Assembly: GCA_052168235.1 (NCBI GenBank)
Contig: JBQLZK010000018.1
Coordinates: 1-64,000 of the forward strand
Origin: Thainema sp.
GTDB taxonomy: Bacteria > Cyanobacteriota > Cyanobacteriia > Phormidesmidales > Phormidesmidaceae
DNA length: 64,000 nucleotides
Direction of reading: 5' to 3'
A program made the position numbers and the translations under genes. Under the pieces are notes generated by a model. That model worked only from the letters and a program-made list of their open reading frames with translations, was not told where the DNA came from and did not search any database. The first letter of the stretch is position 1. The number at the start of each line of letters is the position of its first letter. Shown in pieces: positions 9,480 to 20,611 of this stretch.

Positions 9480-11669
9480 GTGATTTCCATGTTGTTCTGG
9501 TTTGAGCTTTTGCAGTCCCTGCCTCAGCTATCAGATGTTGCTCCCAAGTTCGATTCGGTGGTCGCTTCTATCCCGAATGAATCGTCTGAGCTATCTGAAA
9601 GTCTTGATTTAGCTGAGCCAGAAGTTAGTCTTCTCGTTGCCGAAGCACCAACGCAGCCTACTCCTTATTTGGCCCAAACTTCTGGTATTTTCAGTGATTT
9701 CGCAACACTAGTTGGAATAAGTGTTGTTGTCTTCCTGCTGTTTGGACTTGCACTTCTCTGGGCTTACACTCGCGTCTATACAATCACTCCAACAAACGCT
9801 GCCTTTGTCAAAACAGGTGGTGTTTTCAAAAAGCAAAAGAAAGTCATTCTCAACGGTGGCTGTGTTGTCTTGCCGGGATTTCATGAGCTAACCCGCGTAC
9901 CGCTGCGAGAACTATCCATTGATGTAGAGCGCACGGGCAAACTAGCAGTACGGACGCAAGATTATCTGCGGGCTGATATGCGGGTTACATTCTATGTATG
10001 TGTGAGTCCTTCACAAGAAGATGTGCTGACGGCGGCAGCTCGGCTTTCCAACGAAGGGCAAATTACACCGACCGATATTAAAAATGCGCTGGAAAAGCGG
10101 GCAGATGACGCCATTCGGGCAGCGGCGAAGACGAAAAAGCTGGCTGAAATCGATTCCGATAAATTAGGGTTTGCGCAAGAAGTCCTGAACCTGATCGAGC
10201 CAGATCTAAAGAAAGTAGGTCTAACGCTCAATAACATCGCCATTTCAGAAGTTGAAGAAAGCGATACCTACGACACCAATAATTTCTTTGATGCGCAAGG
10301 GGTACGGTTACGAACGGAAACAATTCAGCGATCAATTCAGCAAAAGCGGGAAGTAGAACTAGTTACTCAGGTCACGATTGAGCAAAAAGAGCTGGATGCT
10401 GAAAAGCGATCGCTAACCATTGCGCAGGAAAAGGAAGGGGCTAAACTTGCCCAACAGCTTGAAGTTGAAGCTCTTAAAGCACAGCGAGAGCGGGAAATCC
10501 AAGAAGCGAAAGACCGAGAGGCCGCGACGGCTCAGCGAACCAAGATTCTGCAAGAGAAATCAGTCGAAGAAGAAGAGATCGCTCGTAAGCTCAGTTTGCA
10601 GCAAAGCCAAATTGACGCTGATATTGCACTGGAGGAGCGGCAAAAGCAGCTTAAAGTGGCGCAAGCGCTGCAAAAGCAAGAGGCAGAAGTGGCTGAAATC
10701 ACCCGTCAGAAAGCAGTTGAAGCGTCCCGATTAACATCTCAAATTGAAGTTGCTCAGGCTGAACAGGAAGCTCGTACTGCTCAGGAAGCGGCTGCGATCG
10801 CAATTGCCAATAAGCGTCGTGAGAGTCTACTGGCCGAAGCCGAACGGGCGCAGGCGGAAGAGGCGGTTCAAACCGCATCTGATGTAGAAATCGCCGAGCG
10901 GCAAAAACGGTTGTCGATGATTGCGGCAGAACGGGAAGCGGAAGAACGGCGAATTTCAGAGCAAAACGTGGTCGAAATTGACGTGTTCCGCCGCCGCCGT
11001 CAAGCTGAAATTGCTCGTCAAGCTGCTGATCTAGAAGCCGCATCGATTCGCACGCTAGCCCAGGCGGAACGAGATAAAGCGCTAGCTGAAGCTGAGGGTA
11101 TTGAAGCTCAGGTTGCAGCTCGCAACGTCATCAGCAACGCCAACCTCACGGCAGATGTAATTCGCGAACTATGGCCTGAACTGGTTGTCAAGCTGCCCGA
11201 AATCATGCAGGCGCTAGCTCCCCAACCCGGTGTACTAGGTGATGCCCGGATTTATGCCTTTCCGGGTGGGATCAGTAACGGAACCAATGGCAACAGCACT
11301 AATGGCAACGGCAGTAGTAATGGGATCTCTGATATCAGTAAGCTGATGATGTCAACCAGTGGTCTGACTCTGATTAATACATTGCTGGACGAAGGCAAAT
11401 TGGGATCCCTGATCAATCAGGTTCGACAAATGGCGATGCAAGATTCTGATGGCAAGCCCAAGCCAAACATAGAAGAAAAGGTGAAGGAGGGTGAGCGAGA
11501 TCGCACCTTAAACATCAATCAATCCCCAACCAACCAACCTTCCTTTGTTCAAACGCCATCAGCAGTGAACACCAGCAACTTACCCACATCTTCATCTCCA
11601 GCAATACCGCCAATACAACCCTTAATCACTCCACCATCACCGGATGGATCTTCTGAACCAGCCAAATGA
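9480..11669 (+). CDS. Flotillin/SPFH (band 7) family membrane protein
   Basis: TM helix, SPFH domain, long Ala/Glu-rich coiled coil (AEAE repeats), Pro/Ser-rich tail. Start uncertain (ATG 9489 possible). Confidence 0.88.
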   Translation: MISMLFWFELLQSLPQLSDVAPKFDSVVASIPNESSELSESLDLAEPEVSLLVAEAPTQPTPYLAQTSGIFSDFATLVGISVVVFLLFGLALLWAYTRVYTITPTNAAFVKTGGVFKKQKKVILNGGCVVLPGFHELTRVPLRELSIDVERTGKLAVRTQDYLRADMRVTFYVCVSPSQEDVLTAAARLSNEGQITPTDIKNALEKRADDAIRAAAKTKKLAEIDSDKLGFAQEVLNLIEPDLKKVGLTLNNIAISEVEESDTYDTNNFFDAQGVRLRTETIQRSIQQKREVELVTQVTIEQKELDAEKRSLTIAQEKEGAKLAQQLEVEALKAQREREIQEAKDREAATAQRTKILQEKSVEEEEIARKLSLQQSQIDADIALEERQKQLKVAQALQKQEAEVAEITRQKAVEASRLTSQIEVAQAEQEARTAQEAAAIAIANKRRESLLAEAERAQAEEAVQTASDVEIAERQKRLSMIAAEREAEERRISEQNVVEIDVFRRRRQAEIARQAADLEAASIRTLAQAERDKALAEAEGIEAQVAARNVISNANLTADVIRELWPELVVKLPEIMQALAPQPGVLGDARIYAFPGGISNGTNGNSTNGNGSSNGISDISKLMMSTSGLTLINTLLDEGKLGSLINQVRQMAMQDSDGKPKPNIEEKVKEGERDRTLNINQSPTNQPSFVQTPSAVNTSNLPTSSSPAIPPIQPLITPPSPDGSSEPAK

Positions 11670-11838
11670 GTTTATCTGGAGCTAAATTGCTACCTTAAAG
11701 CTCGTAAACGTGGCCTCATCGTTCGTGTTATGACATTAAGAACCCAAAGCATTTTTTCCTGTCACTGTTAAATTACATTAATCAAATTTATTCCTGAGGT
11801 GATAGCCTAGATAAATGCTTCATGGGGACGTTGATAAC

Positions 11839-13002
11839 GTGGATATTCAACTTGGTAGAGGAAAAACGGCTCGTCGAGCCTACGGAATTGATGAAATTGC
11901 TCTCGTTCCAGGACAACGCACACTCGATCCGGAACTTGCAGATACTCGTTGGACCATTGGCGGTATTGAGCGCGAAATTCCGATCATTGCCAGCGCAATG
12001 GATGGAGTAGTTGACGTCCGTATGGCGATCGAACTTACAAAACTTGGTGCGTTAGGAGTCTTGAATCTGGAAGGTATTCAAACTCGCTATGCTGATCCCA
12101 ATCCAGTTCTGGATAAGATTGCATCTGTGGGGCCAACTGAGTTCGTGACGCTGATGCAAGAACTCTATGCTGAACCCGTTAAGCCAGAGCTGATTAAGCA
12201 GCGTATTCAAGAAATTAAAGCAGGTGGTGGTATCGCTGCTGTGAGTGCTACTCCAGTAGGTGCGGCCAAATTTGGGCAAGCCGTTGCTGAAGCTGGAGCT
12301 GATCTATTCTTCATCCAAGCAACAGTCGTCTCGACGGCACACTTATCGCCAGAATCAGTTACACCGCTTGATTTGGCGGCATTCTGTCAGGAAATGCCGA
12401 TGCCAGTGATTTTAGGTAACTGTGTAACCTACGAAGTTGCTCTCAATTTGATGAAAGCAGGTGCAGCGGCTGTTCTAGTCGGCATTGGCCCCGGTGCTGC
12501 TTGCACATCTAGGGGAGTACTCGGAGTTGGTGTTCCTCAAGCCACTGCGGTATCAGATTGTGCTGCTGCACGCGATGATTATATGCAGGAAACGGGTAAC
12601 TATGTTCCCGTAATTGCTGATGGTGGCCTGGTAACAGGTGGTGATATCTGTAAATGTATTGCCTCCGGAGCCGATGGCGTCATGATCGGTTCTCCCTTCG
12701 CACGGGCAGCTGAAGCTCCTGGCCGAGGTTTCCACTGGGGTATGGCAACACCTAGCCCAGTCTTACCAAGAGGAACCCGAATTCGAGTCGGTACCACCGG
12801 CACGATTGAACAAATTTTGCGAGGACCAGCTCAGCTTGATGATGGAACCCACAATTTCTTAGGAGCGCTCAAAACAAGTATGGGAACTCTTGGAGCCAAA
12901 GATATTAAGGAAATGCAGCAGGTCGAAGTGGTTATCGCACCATCTTTGCTAACTGAGGGCAAGGTCTATCAAAAGGCACAGCAGTTAGGCATGGGTAAGT
13001 AA
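11839..13002 (+). CDS. guaB: IMP dehydrogenase (cyanobacterial GuaB3 type)
   Basis: IPIIASAMDGVV, VGIGPGAACTSR (catalytic Cys), VIADGG; GTG at 11839. Confidence 0.93.
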   Translation: MDIQLGRGKTARRAYGIDEIALVPGQRTLDPELADTRWTIGGIEREIPIIASAMDGVVDVRMAIELTKLGALGVLNLEGIQTRYADPNPVLDKIASVGPTEFVTLMQELYAEPVKPELIKQRIQEIKAGGGIAAVSATPVGAAKFGQAVAEAGADLFFIQATVVSTAHLSPESVTPLDLAAFCQEMPMPVILGNCVTYEVALNLMKAGAAAVLVGIGPGAACTSRGVLGVGVPQATAVSDCAAARDDYMQETGNYVPVIADGGLVTGGDICKCIASGADGVMIGSPFARAAEAPGRGFHWGMATPSPVLPRGTRIRVGTTGTIEQILRGPAQLDDGTHNFLGALKTSMGTLGAKDIKEMQQVEVVIAPSLLTEGKVYQKAQQLGMGK

Positions 13003-13050
13003 CTGACTAGCGATATCAACTCTTTGTCACTGAGGCACATCTGATCAATC

Positions 13051-13092
13051 AGCAAAGGCGGCGCTCGCCATCCAGCGCCGCCTTTGCTTTTG
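13051..13092 (+). terminator. Rho-independent terminator of guaB
   Basis: AGCAAAGGCGGCGCT...AGCGCCGCCTTTGC followed by TTTTT. Confidence 0.8.
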
Positions 13093-13201
13093 GCATAAGC
13101 CTTTTGGCATTTGTCTCTCTCATGTAAAGCAATATTTAAGACTTACATCTCTAACGACTGAAATTTCACATATTACTAGAACTGTCCCCTACAATAGAAA
13201 T

Positions 13202-13272
13202 AGCGGAGACGCAAGTTTCCGTTCACTCCTCACACCACACTCCGCCCAATTCGCTTTTGAATTGGGCGGTTC
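13202..13272 (+). ncRNA. yfr1: Yfr1 small RNA
   Basis: 5' hairpin GCGGAGAC-GCAA-GTTTCCGT, unpaired ACTCCTCACAC motif (13225-13235), 3' hairpin CCGCCCAATTC...GAATTGGGCGG. TACAAT -10 at 13190-13195; located downstream of guaB as is typical. Confidence 0.92.
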
Positions 13273-14138
13273 CTCATAATGCCAACTTTTGCCAACCTGG
13301 TATAGCTATAGCCGTAAGCTTGGTCACTATAGCGGCTGGATCACGGCTAGGTCACTCATAGAATCAGCAGTTCAACAAAACCCAGTATTTTCAGCAATTT
13401 AACCAGCGCAATTTTTTTCAAGGTCAAGTATTGTCACTTAATCTTGAGGTATTTTGAAGCCGCAAATTAGTAGTTCACCCGCACTACAAATGCGTGAACA
13501 TTAGTTTGACTGGAGGAATGAAGCTGTACAGCAAAGAGCTGCTGGAGCAGATAAGTGGCATCAGTTTGTGTGCATTTGCTCACTTCTATCTGAAAAGATC
13601 AAAAATCAGCATATTTTTCTCTAAACAAAATATACGAGTTTTCGTCAGTAGGTCAGCGAAAACCTCATTCAGTGTTTTTACGCATTCTTCTGAATTAGTA
13701 GAAAACGACCATGAAAAATACTGAAATATATCCGTAATTACTAGCAAGATTTTGATCCTGTTTTCTTCTTCTAGATAATTCAACTTAAACGTAGATTATT
13801 CACAAGTTAGTGAATCTACTGAGAGCAGTTCTAGCCTTTCACAATTTATAAATTTTTCAGCAAAAAAATATGGGTCTCACCCCTTTTACAGGTTTATCGT
13901 AGTTCACGTAGCTTAATAAGTACAGGCAGATTACTGAGTGCGTGGACGTTAATTCGTAACAATTCACAACTCAGTATGGCGCTTATTTTTTGCATCGGAA
14001 CAGCCAATTCAATCTTGATTCAATTGATCTTGATGTTTGTCAAATGGCTTCAATTACGCCCTGTTTCTAACTGCTTGTATTTCATATTTGCTTTCAATGC
14101 TTTAGTCGATTGGAACCGTTGTTATCTAAGTGCTGAAA

Positions 14139-17100
14139 ATGTCACGAGACGCTGTTGTTGTTGGAATTAACGGATATCAATATCTGCCGAGCTTGACTGC
14201 ACCTGCACAAGATGCAGAAGCGATCGCAACTCAACTTCAGCAGTACGGTGAGTTTCGAGTACACCGTCTGCCAGAGGTAATCCAAGACGGAAAACCGATC
14301 ATCGGAACTCGTACAGCCATCACTGTACAAGACTTAGAATCAGCTTTGGTTCAGCTCTTTAAACCCAAAGGACGCAATATTCCCGAAACAGCTTTGTTCT
14401 ATTTTTCGGGACATGGCATTCAAAAAGATGCTGGCATTCAAGAAGGGTTTTTAGCCACCAGTGATGTCAATCCACAGGTTGGATTTTATGGGCTTTCTCT
14501 CTTCTGGTTACGACGTTTGCTTCAGGAAAGTCCAGTGCGCCAGCGAGTTGTAATCCTAGACTGCTGTCACAGCGGCGAACTCCTAAATTTGCTAGAAGCA
14601 GATCCAGGGGCACGGGCTGGCACTGATCGATTATTTATGGCCGCATCGCGAGAATATGAGTCCGCTTTTGAGTCTTTAAATAGCCCCTATAGCGTATTTA
14701 CTCAAGCCTTAGTCTCTGGTCTTGATCCCACGCAATCGACGACTGGCATTATCACCAACCACGCCTTGATCAGTTCGGTCAACGATCAGCTTAAAGGCGA
14801 ACTACAACAACCTTTATTTGAAAGTTCGGGAAGCGAAATTGTTTTAACTCGTACCCATCAGGTCGCTCAGCGGGTCTGCGCCGTTCAAGACAGTGAGGAG
14901 CAATGTCCATATCCTGGTGCTGAACCGTTTCAAACTCATCAAGCCGACCTCTTTTGGGGACGTAAAACGCTGACTCAGCAACTGGTGACAGCCGTACGCC
15001 AGAACAACTGCTGCATTTTGACTGGGGCTTCTGCTAGTGGTAAAACCTCTGTTGTGCAAGCTGGGCTCATTCCGGCTTTGCAGCACGAGCAAACGACAGA
15101 AGGTTGCGATCGCTGGCAAATCAAAACCGTCAATTTATCTGGGCATCCAGTCAAAAATTTGGCCCATGCGTTTCTGGATTCAACCCAAACTGAATTAGAA
15201 CGAGCAGAACAACTACGTCGGGTTGAAACCTTTTTAGAAGATGGTGGACGTGGCCTGAATCAACTGATTCAAGCAAGCTTGCTGTCTCCATTCTCAACAT
15301 TCACTCTACCTGTTCAGGCGCAGCAGGCTGAAAACCGTTCTAATCAGCGTTTTTTGCTGGTCATCGATCACATTGAACAGCTTTTCACACACAGTCGAGG
15401 CGCAAAAGCTGAACAAGAACGCCAGCGCTTCTTCGACTGCTTGCAGGAAGCCATTGCATACAATCAACAACTCCATGTTCTGCTCGTCGTACGTACCGAT
15501 ATTTTGGAGCGTTTGGCTGACTACGGCGATTTGATGCAAGCTGTGGGTCAAAATTTGCTGCGCGTGCAGCCAATGACCTATGAGGATCTGAAGGCTACAG
15601 TTGTCAAACCAGCTGAAAAAATTGGTTTGCATTGTGAACCCAATCTCATCTACACACTGTTGTTGGATGTTGTTGGAACATCGGCAGATTTAGCACTATT
15701 GCAGCAGGTGCTGGTTGAACTCTGGCAGCATCGTCAGACTAATCCTGATACCCAGCAAAGTAGTCTAACTTTGGATGCCTACACTGAAATTGGCGGCATT
15801 CGCACGATTATTCAGCGTCAAGCATCTAAAGTTTATGCTCAGCTATCGCCGAAAGAGCAAACTGCAGTTCGTCGCATCTTTTTAGCTTTAACTCAACTGG
15901 GTGAGGGTACAGAAGATTCTCGCCGCCGCATTCTCAAATCAGAATTGGTTAGTACTGGTTTTTCGAATGACCTGATTGAACATGTGCTTGAAAAGCTCGT
16001 TGCGGCACGGGTTGTCGTGGTTGACAAGATTATGACGGGTGATGCAGCTTATGTTGATCCGCAGATGCGAGCCAGTAATATGTCAACGGCTTTACGATTA
16101 GCACAGCGTAGTCAAGGCAAATTCACAGCACTGAATGCTACGTTGAAATTGCCCAATACGCGCCCATCTGGTTTTTGGTCTTGTCGATCGCGATGGGCCT
16201 CTAACGAAGATGGATCAAGTCAAGATCTGTTGCCGTTAGCAGAAGCAAAATTTTCTGCTGTGTCCCCAACAGCTTCACCCCGATTCAGCCAAGCGGGAAG
16301 TTCTGATTCAACTCAACTGCTCAATCTCAAATCCGCTTCTTGTCCAACATCAACCAAAGATAAAAATTGGATCCAAAAACCATCGGAGTCACTGGTGACG
16401 TTGCTGTCAGGTCACAGTCCCGATGCTTGGAGTACAACAGTTGATGCAGTTCATGAGGCGCTGATTCGACACTGGCCAGTTCTGCGTCAGTGGTTGGAAG
16501 AAGAACGAGAGAACTTGCGCTGTCAGCGACGAATTGAGCGGGCTGCACGGGAGTGGGAGCGCCTGGGTTGTCCAGAAGAAGCCACCTATTTGTTGCATGG
16601 ACACCGGCTGCGAGAGGCTGAGGAATACTTGAAGCAACGAGCTGAGGAATTGTCTACAGCTGCTCATACGTTGATTGAGCGGAGTCAGCAAGAGATTCGT
16701 AAAGTTCGCAAGGAAAACTGGCTGATGCAGCTATCAATTCCCTGCACCTTATTGCTGGCGTTAGGTCTATCATTCAGCCAGTATCGGTTAAATTTGTCAG
16801 CACAGGCTGAGCAAGAACATCAGCGGCAAATTGCGGCTTCGCGGCAGTGGGCTGCGATCGCACAAACTGTACTAGAAGATCCCCAAAGTGATCCCAATGC
16901 AGCCTTGCTCATTAGTCGTTTAGCGGCTGAACAAGGTGCTCACACCTACGAAGCACAGGCTAGCCTGCGGGCCGCACTGCAGGAAATGCGGTTACGGGCT
17001 CAGTTGAATGATCATGATGCGGCTGTCCATCAACTGGTTTTTAGTCCAGATCAGCAGCATTTTGCTAGCACCAGCGTTGATGGCAGTGTGCGACTATGGG

Positions 17101-19946
17101 GAGCGCTAAATCCAACAGTACCGGATGGCCGCATATCCTCAATTGAAGTATTGCCACCTCGATCAGAAGAAAGCGCTGATTCCAGTGAGTCAATGGCAAC
17201 GCAACTAGCGTTTAGTCCCAATGGTGAGTGGCTTGCGATCGCACATCATGACTCCACAGATATTCAGATTTGGTCTATAAAAAACCGCAAAATCTTCCAT
17301 CGTCTATCCAACCCGTCCTCAGATCTCCAGCAGCTTGCTTTCAGTGCTGATGGGCAATGGCTCCTGGGGCAGAGCAACTCTGAGGTCAAGCTTTGGCACG
17401 TGGAAAATCCAACTTCAATTCGGATCTCCAGCGATATTCCATTGCAAAGCGTTGAACTGAGCTCTAGCGGTAACAAACTACTGCTGGCGACGCAAAACGG
17501 GCAACTTACGCTTTGGAAGTTTGTAGAAGGCATCCAACTGATTGAACAGCAGCAGGATCAGCAGGATCAGAGTGATGCAGAACAAAATACCACTGAGCCC
17601 GATGAAGATGAAGCAACTGAAGATAAAGCAACGTTGAATCAGCCGCCAAATATATCGTTAACCCTGCAAACATTACGCGATCCCGATCATCCGCTAGCTG
17701 CGTCTGTGCAGCAGCTAGTCCAGACTGCACCAATCAATAACGCGACGCTGAGCCCAGATGCTCAATGGGTAGCAACCAGCGGTACGGATGGCAACGTCCG
17801 CCTGTGGCAGCTAGAAACTGGTCAAATTCAACATACGATGCCACAGATTGATCACTATGCAGCTTCAGATTATGCGGCTTCAGATGAGGATGCTTCTGCC
17901 ACCAATACCAGTGAATCAACAGTCAACCAGCTATTGCCGGTTCAGCAAGTCATCTTTAGTCCCAATAGCCAATTCTTGGCTAGTATTGGCCCCGATCAGC
18001 AGATCTGGATTTGGCAGCCAGAGTTGGGATTGCTGCACACGCAATTACCAACCGATCCCTCAACTCCTCTGACATCAAATAATCAGCGTTCTACAGCGAC
18101 GCAAGAACAGTTTCTACAATTCAGCCCAGATGGTCAACGGTTAGCGACGCTACATGCAGCATCTACAGAGCAGTCAGACCAGCCATTTATTCAACTGTGG
18201 CATATCGAAACAGGCGAAAAGGAGCGTTCCATTCAGCCACGTCAGGATGTAATCAGCAGTTTTCAATTCACACCTGATGGTTCCCATCTAGCAACAACAG
18301 CAACAGATGGTCAAATTCAGCTGTGGGATTTGACTGTGGGAGGAGAGTTGCCAACAGTTCAGTTATCTGAAGATGCAGAGCAATGGTTTAGTTTTGCGAG
18401 TTCCGGCCAACTTTCCGGTTTTCCAGAGTTTGACAGGGGGCAGTCTTTGGCGATGGCCTCACCACAAATACTCCAGATTGAAATTGTCAGTCTAAAAGGC
18501 CACCAACTTTTACAGCGCTGGAACGTGCCGATTTGGCTAGCCGATCGTGAGACGCCTTATGTAACCACAATGGCTCAGCTGCATCAGGAAAAGATTCAAG
18601 CATCCACTGTATCCGTTTCACCCTGGTACACCAAGTGGCAGTTTATGATCACGAATGTCTTCAACCAGGCAGCGAAACGAATCCCGATCGCAGTTTTGCC
18701 AGCGTCATCTTCTGCGGGACAAGAAGCGATATCTGGCCCGGTGTCACTGGGCTTAACAGTACAAACAAAAGGGACAGATGACGTGAATTGGCAGCAGATA
18801 GCCTCACTGACCGAACAGCACACGTTATCTACTGACTTATCCTCTGCTGATTTATCTCCCGATGACGCAGCGGAGCCTGCGGCCAGGAATTTGGCCTCAG
18901 ATCAGCTGACCTCAGATAATGCAGCCTTAGACGATTCAGCACCACCCACTCCAGCTCACGATGCAACAGCAACTGAGGTAACAGCAACCGCGCTGCATCC
19001 AGCCGGTACGCAATTTGCGATCGCAGATCAGAATGGCATCATTACAATCTACAGCGGGCTCGACAATTTGCGGGTATACGATGAGTCCCAGGCTAAAGAG
19101 CCGGAGAATTCCGACCAAGGCAACTCGGCAAAACAGCCATTTGCTTTGCCAAAACTGGAATCGCAGATGGTGCAAATTGAAAACGTGCGTCGTCATGCGG
19201 AAAACAATCGTCAGCCCAGCCTGGTGTCGAGTTTGGTCTATAGCCCTGACGGGAAAACTCTGGCGAGCATTAATGACGATTTAACTGTGCGGCTGTGGGA
19301 TGCCCAATCTGGAGAACTACGCCAGGAATTTGTAGGTCACAATGCAACCATTCTCAGCGCATCGTTCAGTACAGACGGCAAGCATCTAGTCACGTCCGGT
19401 TGGGATAAGACGGTTCGCATCTGGAACATTGATTCTGGTCGATTACTGCGATCGCTATCTCTCGCGGATGTGGTTAGTCGGGCCGTGTTTAGTCCAGATG
19501 GTCAATCCGTTGTTGCAACTGGCTGGGATGGCCTGATTACCCTCTTTCAGGCCGAGACGGGACACGAGAAAATGTCCATTATTGGTCATCGTGGCGCGAT
19601 TGTAGATGCCGCTTATAGCCCAGATGGTAGCCAATTTGCCACAGCGGATGAAGACGGTCTGATTAAACTGTGGGAATCGGCTAGTGGCGTTGAACAAGCG
19701 ACACTTTCGATTAAGGATTCCGATCAACCGATTGAACGGGTGTCATTTAGTCCAGATGGCCAATTCGTAGCAGCTCTGACTGGAGATGGGCAGATTTATT
19801 TTTGGGCGGCCACCTGGGATAGCTTGTTAGCACTCGCTCGCGATCGCAGTTTACATCCCCTTTCAGCCCAAGACTGTTATCGCTATCTGAGATTGCCAGA
19901 TAATGAATGCCCTACGTTCGAACTCAATCCCTTGGCCCAGCAATAG
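14139..19946 (+). CDS. Caspase-family (C14) protease + STAND NTPase (nSTAND1-like) + TM helix + WD40 repeats
   Basis: YFSGHG and ILDCCHSG catalytic dyad, CPYPG motif, Walker A GASASGKTS, HEALIRHW, hydrophobic segment, many FSPDG/WD repeats. Confidence 0.9.
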   Translation: MSRDAVVVGINGYQYLPSLTAPAQDAEAIATQLQQYGEFRVHRLPEVIQDGKPIIGTRTAITVQDLESALVQLFKPKGRNIPETALFYFSGHGIQKDAGIQEGFLATSDVNPQVGFYGLSLFWLRRLLQESPVRQRVVILDCCHSGELLNLLEADPGARAGTDRLFMAASREYESAFESLNSPYSVFTQALVSGLDPTQSTTGIITNHALISSVNDQLKGELQQPLFESSGSEIVLTRTHQVAQRVCAVQDSEEQCPYPGAEPFQTHQADLFWGRKTLTQQLVTAVRQNNCCILTGASASGKTSVVQAGLIPALQHEQTTEGCDRWQIKTVNLSGHPVKNLAHAFLDSTQTELERAEQLRRVETFLEDGGRGLNQLIQASLLSPFSTFTLPVQAQQAENRSNQRFLLVIDHIEQLFTHSRGAKAEQERQRFFDCLQEAIAYNQQLHVLLVVRTDILERLADYGDLMQAVGQNLLRVQPMTYEDLKATVVKPAEKIGLHCEPNLIYTLLLDVVGTSADLALLQQVLVELWQHRQTNPDTQQSSLTLDAYTEIGGIRTIIQRQASKVYAQLSPKEQTAVRRIFLALTQLGEGTEDSRRRILKSELVSTGFSNDLIEHVLEKLVAARVVVVDKIMTGDAAYVDPQMRASNMSTALRLAQRSQGKFTALNATLKLPNTRPSGFWSCRSRWASNEDGSSQDLLPLAEAKFSAVSPTASPRFSQAGSSDSTQLLNLKSASCPTSTKDKNWIQKPSESLVTLLSGHSPDAWSTTVDAVHEALIRHWPVLRQWLEEERENLRCQRRIERAAREWERLGCPEEATYLLHGHRLREAEEYLKQRAEELSTAAHTLIERSQQEIRKVRKENWLMQLSIPCTLLLALGLSFSQYRLNLSAQAEQEHQRQIAASRQWAAIAQTVLEDPQSDPNAALLISRLAAEQGAHTYEAQASLRAALQEMRLRAQLNDHDAAVHQLVFSPDQQHFASTSVDGSVRLWGALNPTVPDGRISSIEVLPPRSEESADSSESMATQLAFSPNGEWLAIAHHDSTDIQIWSIKNRKIFHRLSNPSSDLQQLAFSADGQWLLGQSNSEVKLWHVENPTSIRISSDIPLQSVELSSSGNKLLLATQNGQLTLWKFVEGIQLIEQQQDQQDQSDAEQNTTEPDEDEATEDKATLNQPPNISLTLQTLRDPDHPLAASVQQLVQTAPINNATLSPDAQWVATSGTDGNVRLWQLETGQIQHTMPQIDHYAASDYAASDEDASATNTSESTVNQLLPVQQVIFSPNSQFLASIGPDQQIWIWQPELGLLHTQLPTDPSTPLTSNNQRSTATQEQFLQFSPDGQRLATLHAASTEQSDQPFIQLWHIETGEKERSIQPRQDVISSFQFTPDGSHLATTATDGQIQLWDLTVGGELPTVQLSEDAEQWFSFASSGQLSGFPEFDRGQSLAMASPQILQIEIVSLKGHQLLQRWNVPIWLADRETPYVTTMAQLHQEKIQASTVSVSPWYTKWQFMITNVFNQAAKRIPIAVLPASSSAGQEAISGPVSLGLTVQTKGTDDVNWQQIASLTEQHTLSTDLSSADLSPDDAAEPAARNLASDQLTSDNAALDDSAPPTPAHDATATEVTATALHPAGTQFAIADQNGIITIYSGLDNLRVYDESQAKEPENSDQGNSAKQPFALPKLESQMVQIENVRRHAENNRQPSLVSSLVYSPDGKTLASINDDLTVRLWDAQSGELRQEFVGHNATILSASFSTDGKHLVTSGWDKTVRIWNIDSGRLLRSLSLADVVSRAVFSPDGQSVVATGWDGLITLFQAETGHEKMSIIGHRGAIVDAAYSPDGSQFATADEDGLIKLWESASGVEQATLSIKDSDQPIERVSFSPDGQFVAALTGDGQIYFWAATWDSLLALARDRSLHPLSAQDCYRYLRLPDNECPTFELNPLAQQ

Positions 19947-19951
19947 AAAGA

Positions 19952-20000
19952 AGCAAAAAGCAGGAGAGGTCAGCTTAGCTGACCTCTCCTGCTTTTTGCT
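19952..20000. terminator. Bidirectional terminator-like perfect inverted repeat
   Basis: AGCAAAAAGCAGGAGAGGTCAGC-tta-GCTGACCTCTCCTGCTTTTTGCT between convergent genes. Confidence 0.7.
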
Positions 20001-20083
20001 CCTACTGTTTTGATTTCAGGATGCTGTGCGTCGCCATAGATGATGGCCAATGGCGACTGGTGGAGTTAAATGATGCCAACTAT

Positions 20084-20326
20084 CTAGTAAAAGTCCGGAC
20101 GTGGCTCAGGCATTTCGAAGTTGGATGGATCGTACAAATAGCGAATAACTTCTTCTTCGAGCCGATGAATTAAGTAGACTTCGAGAACGCCAGAATGACG
20201 CAGCGCTGCCAGATAGCCATCGATATATAAGCGCAAATCATCCGTGCGATATCCTCGATTCCATTGCTCAACCAGGGAATCCGTGAGCTTCTGATAGTGG
20301 CGAACAGTTTGAGTATCTTGAAGCAT
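20084..20326 (-). CDS. Conserved small cyanobacterial protein (DUF6761-like)
   Basis: MLQDTQTVRHYQKLTD...RLYIDGYLAALR...HRLEEEVIRYLYDPSNF. Confidence 0.8.
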   Translation of the reverse strand: MLQDTQTVRHYQKLTDSLVEQWNRGYRTDDLRLYIDGYLAALRHSGVLEVYLIHRLEEEVIRYLYDPSNFEMPEPRPDFY

Positions 20327-20611
20327 TTGGCGACCTATGGGCTAGCAGATGATATGGAGATGCGATCGCGAAACGATTCGTTTCTTCATGTCCAATATTA
20401 AAACTTATGATACCTTCATCTCTCCGTATGTGCGGAACAACACGGTTGATGTCTTTCTATTGATAGAGTGACCAAAATACAAACCAAACTAACGATTCGT
20501 CCGACAAACTTTATATTTTTGACAGATTCAGTGGATGAGATCACAGCCGAACCCGATGGGATACAGTAACGAGTCATAATCAAGCCGTACCCGAGTCATA
20601 CACGTGGGTAG

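Noticed and set aside
13494..14170. Short ORFs in the AT-rich region upstream of the caspase gene
   Set aside because: Atypical composition, mutually overlapping and no motifs; more consistent with promoter DNA.
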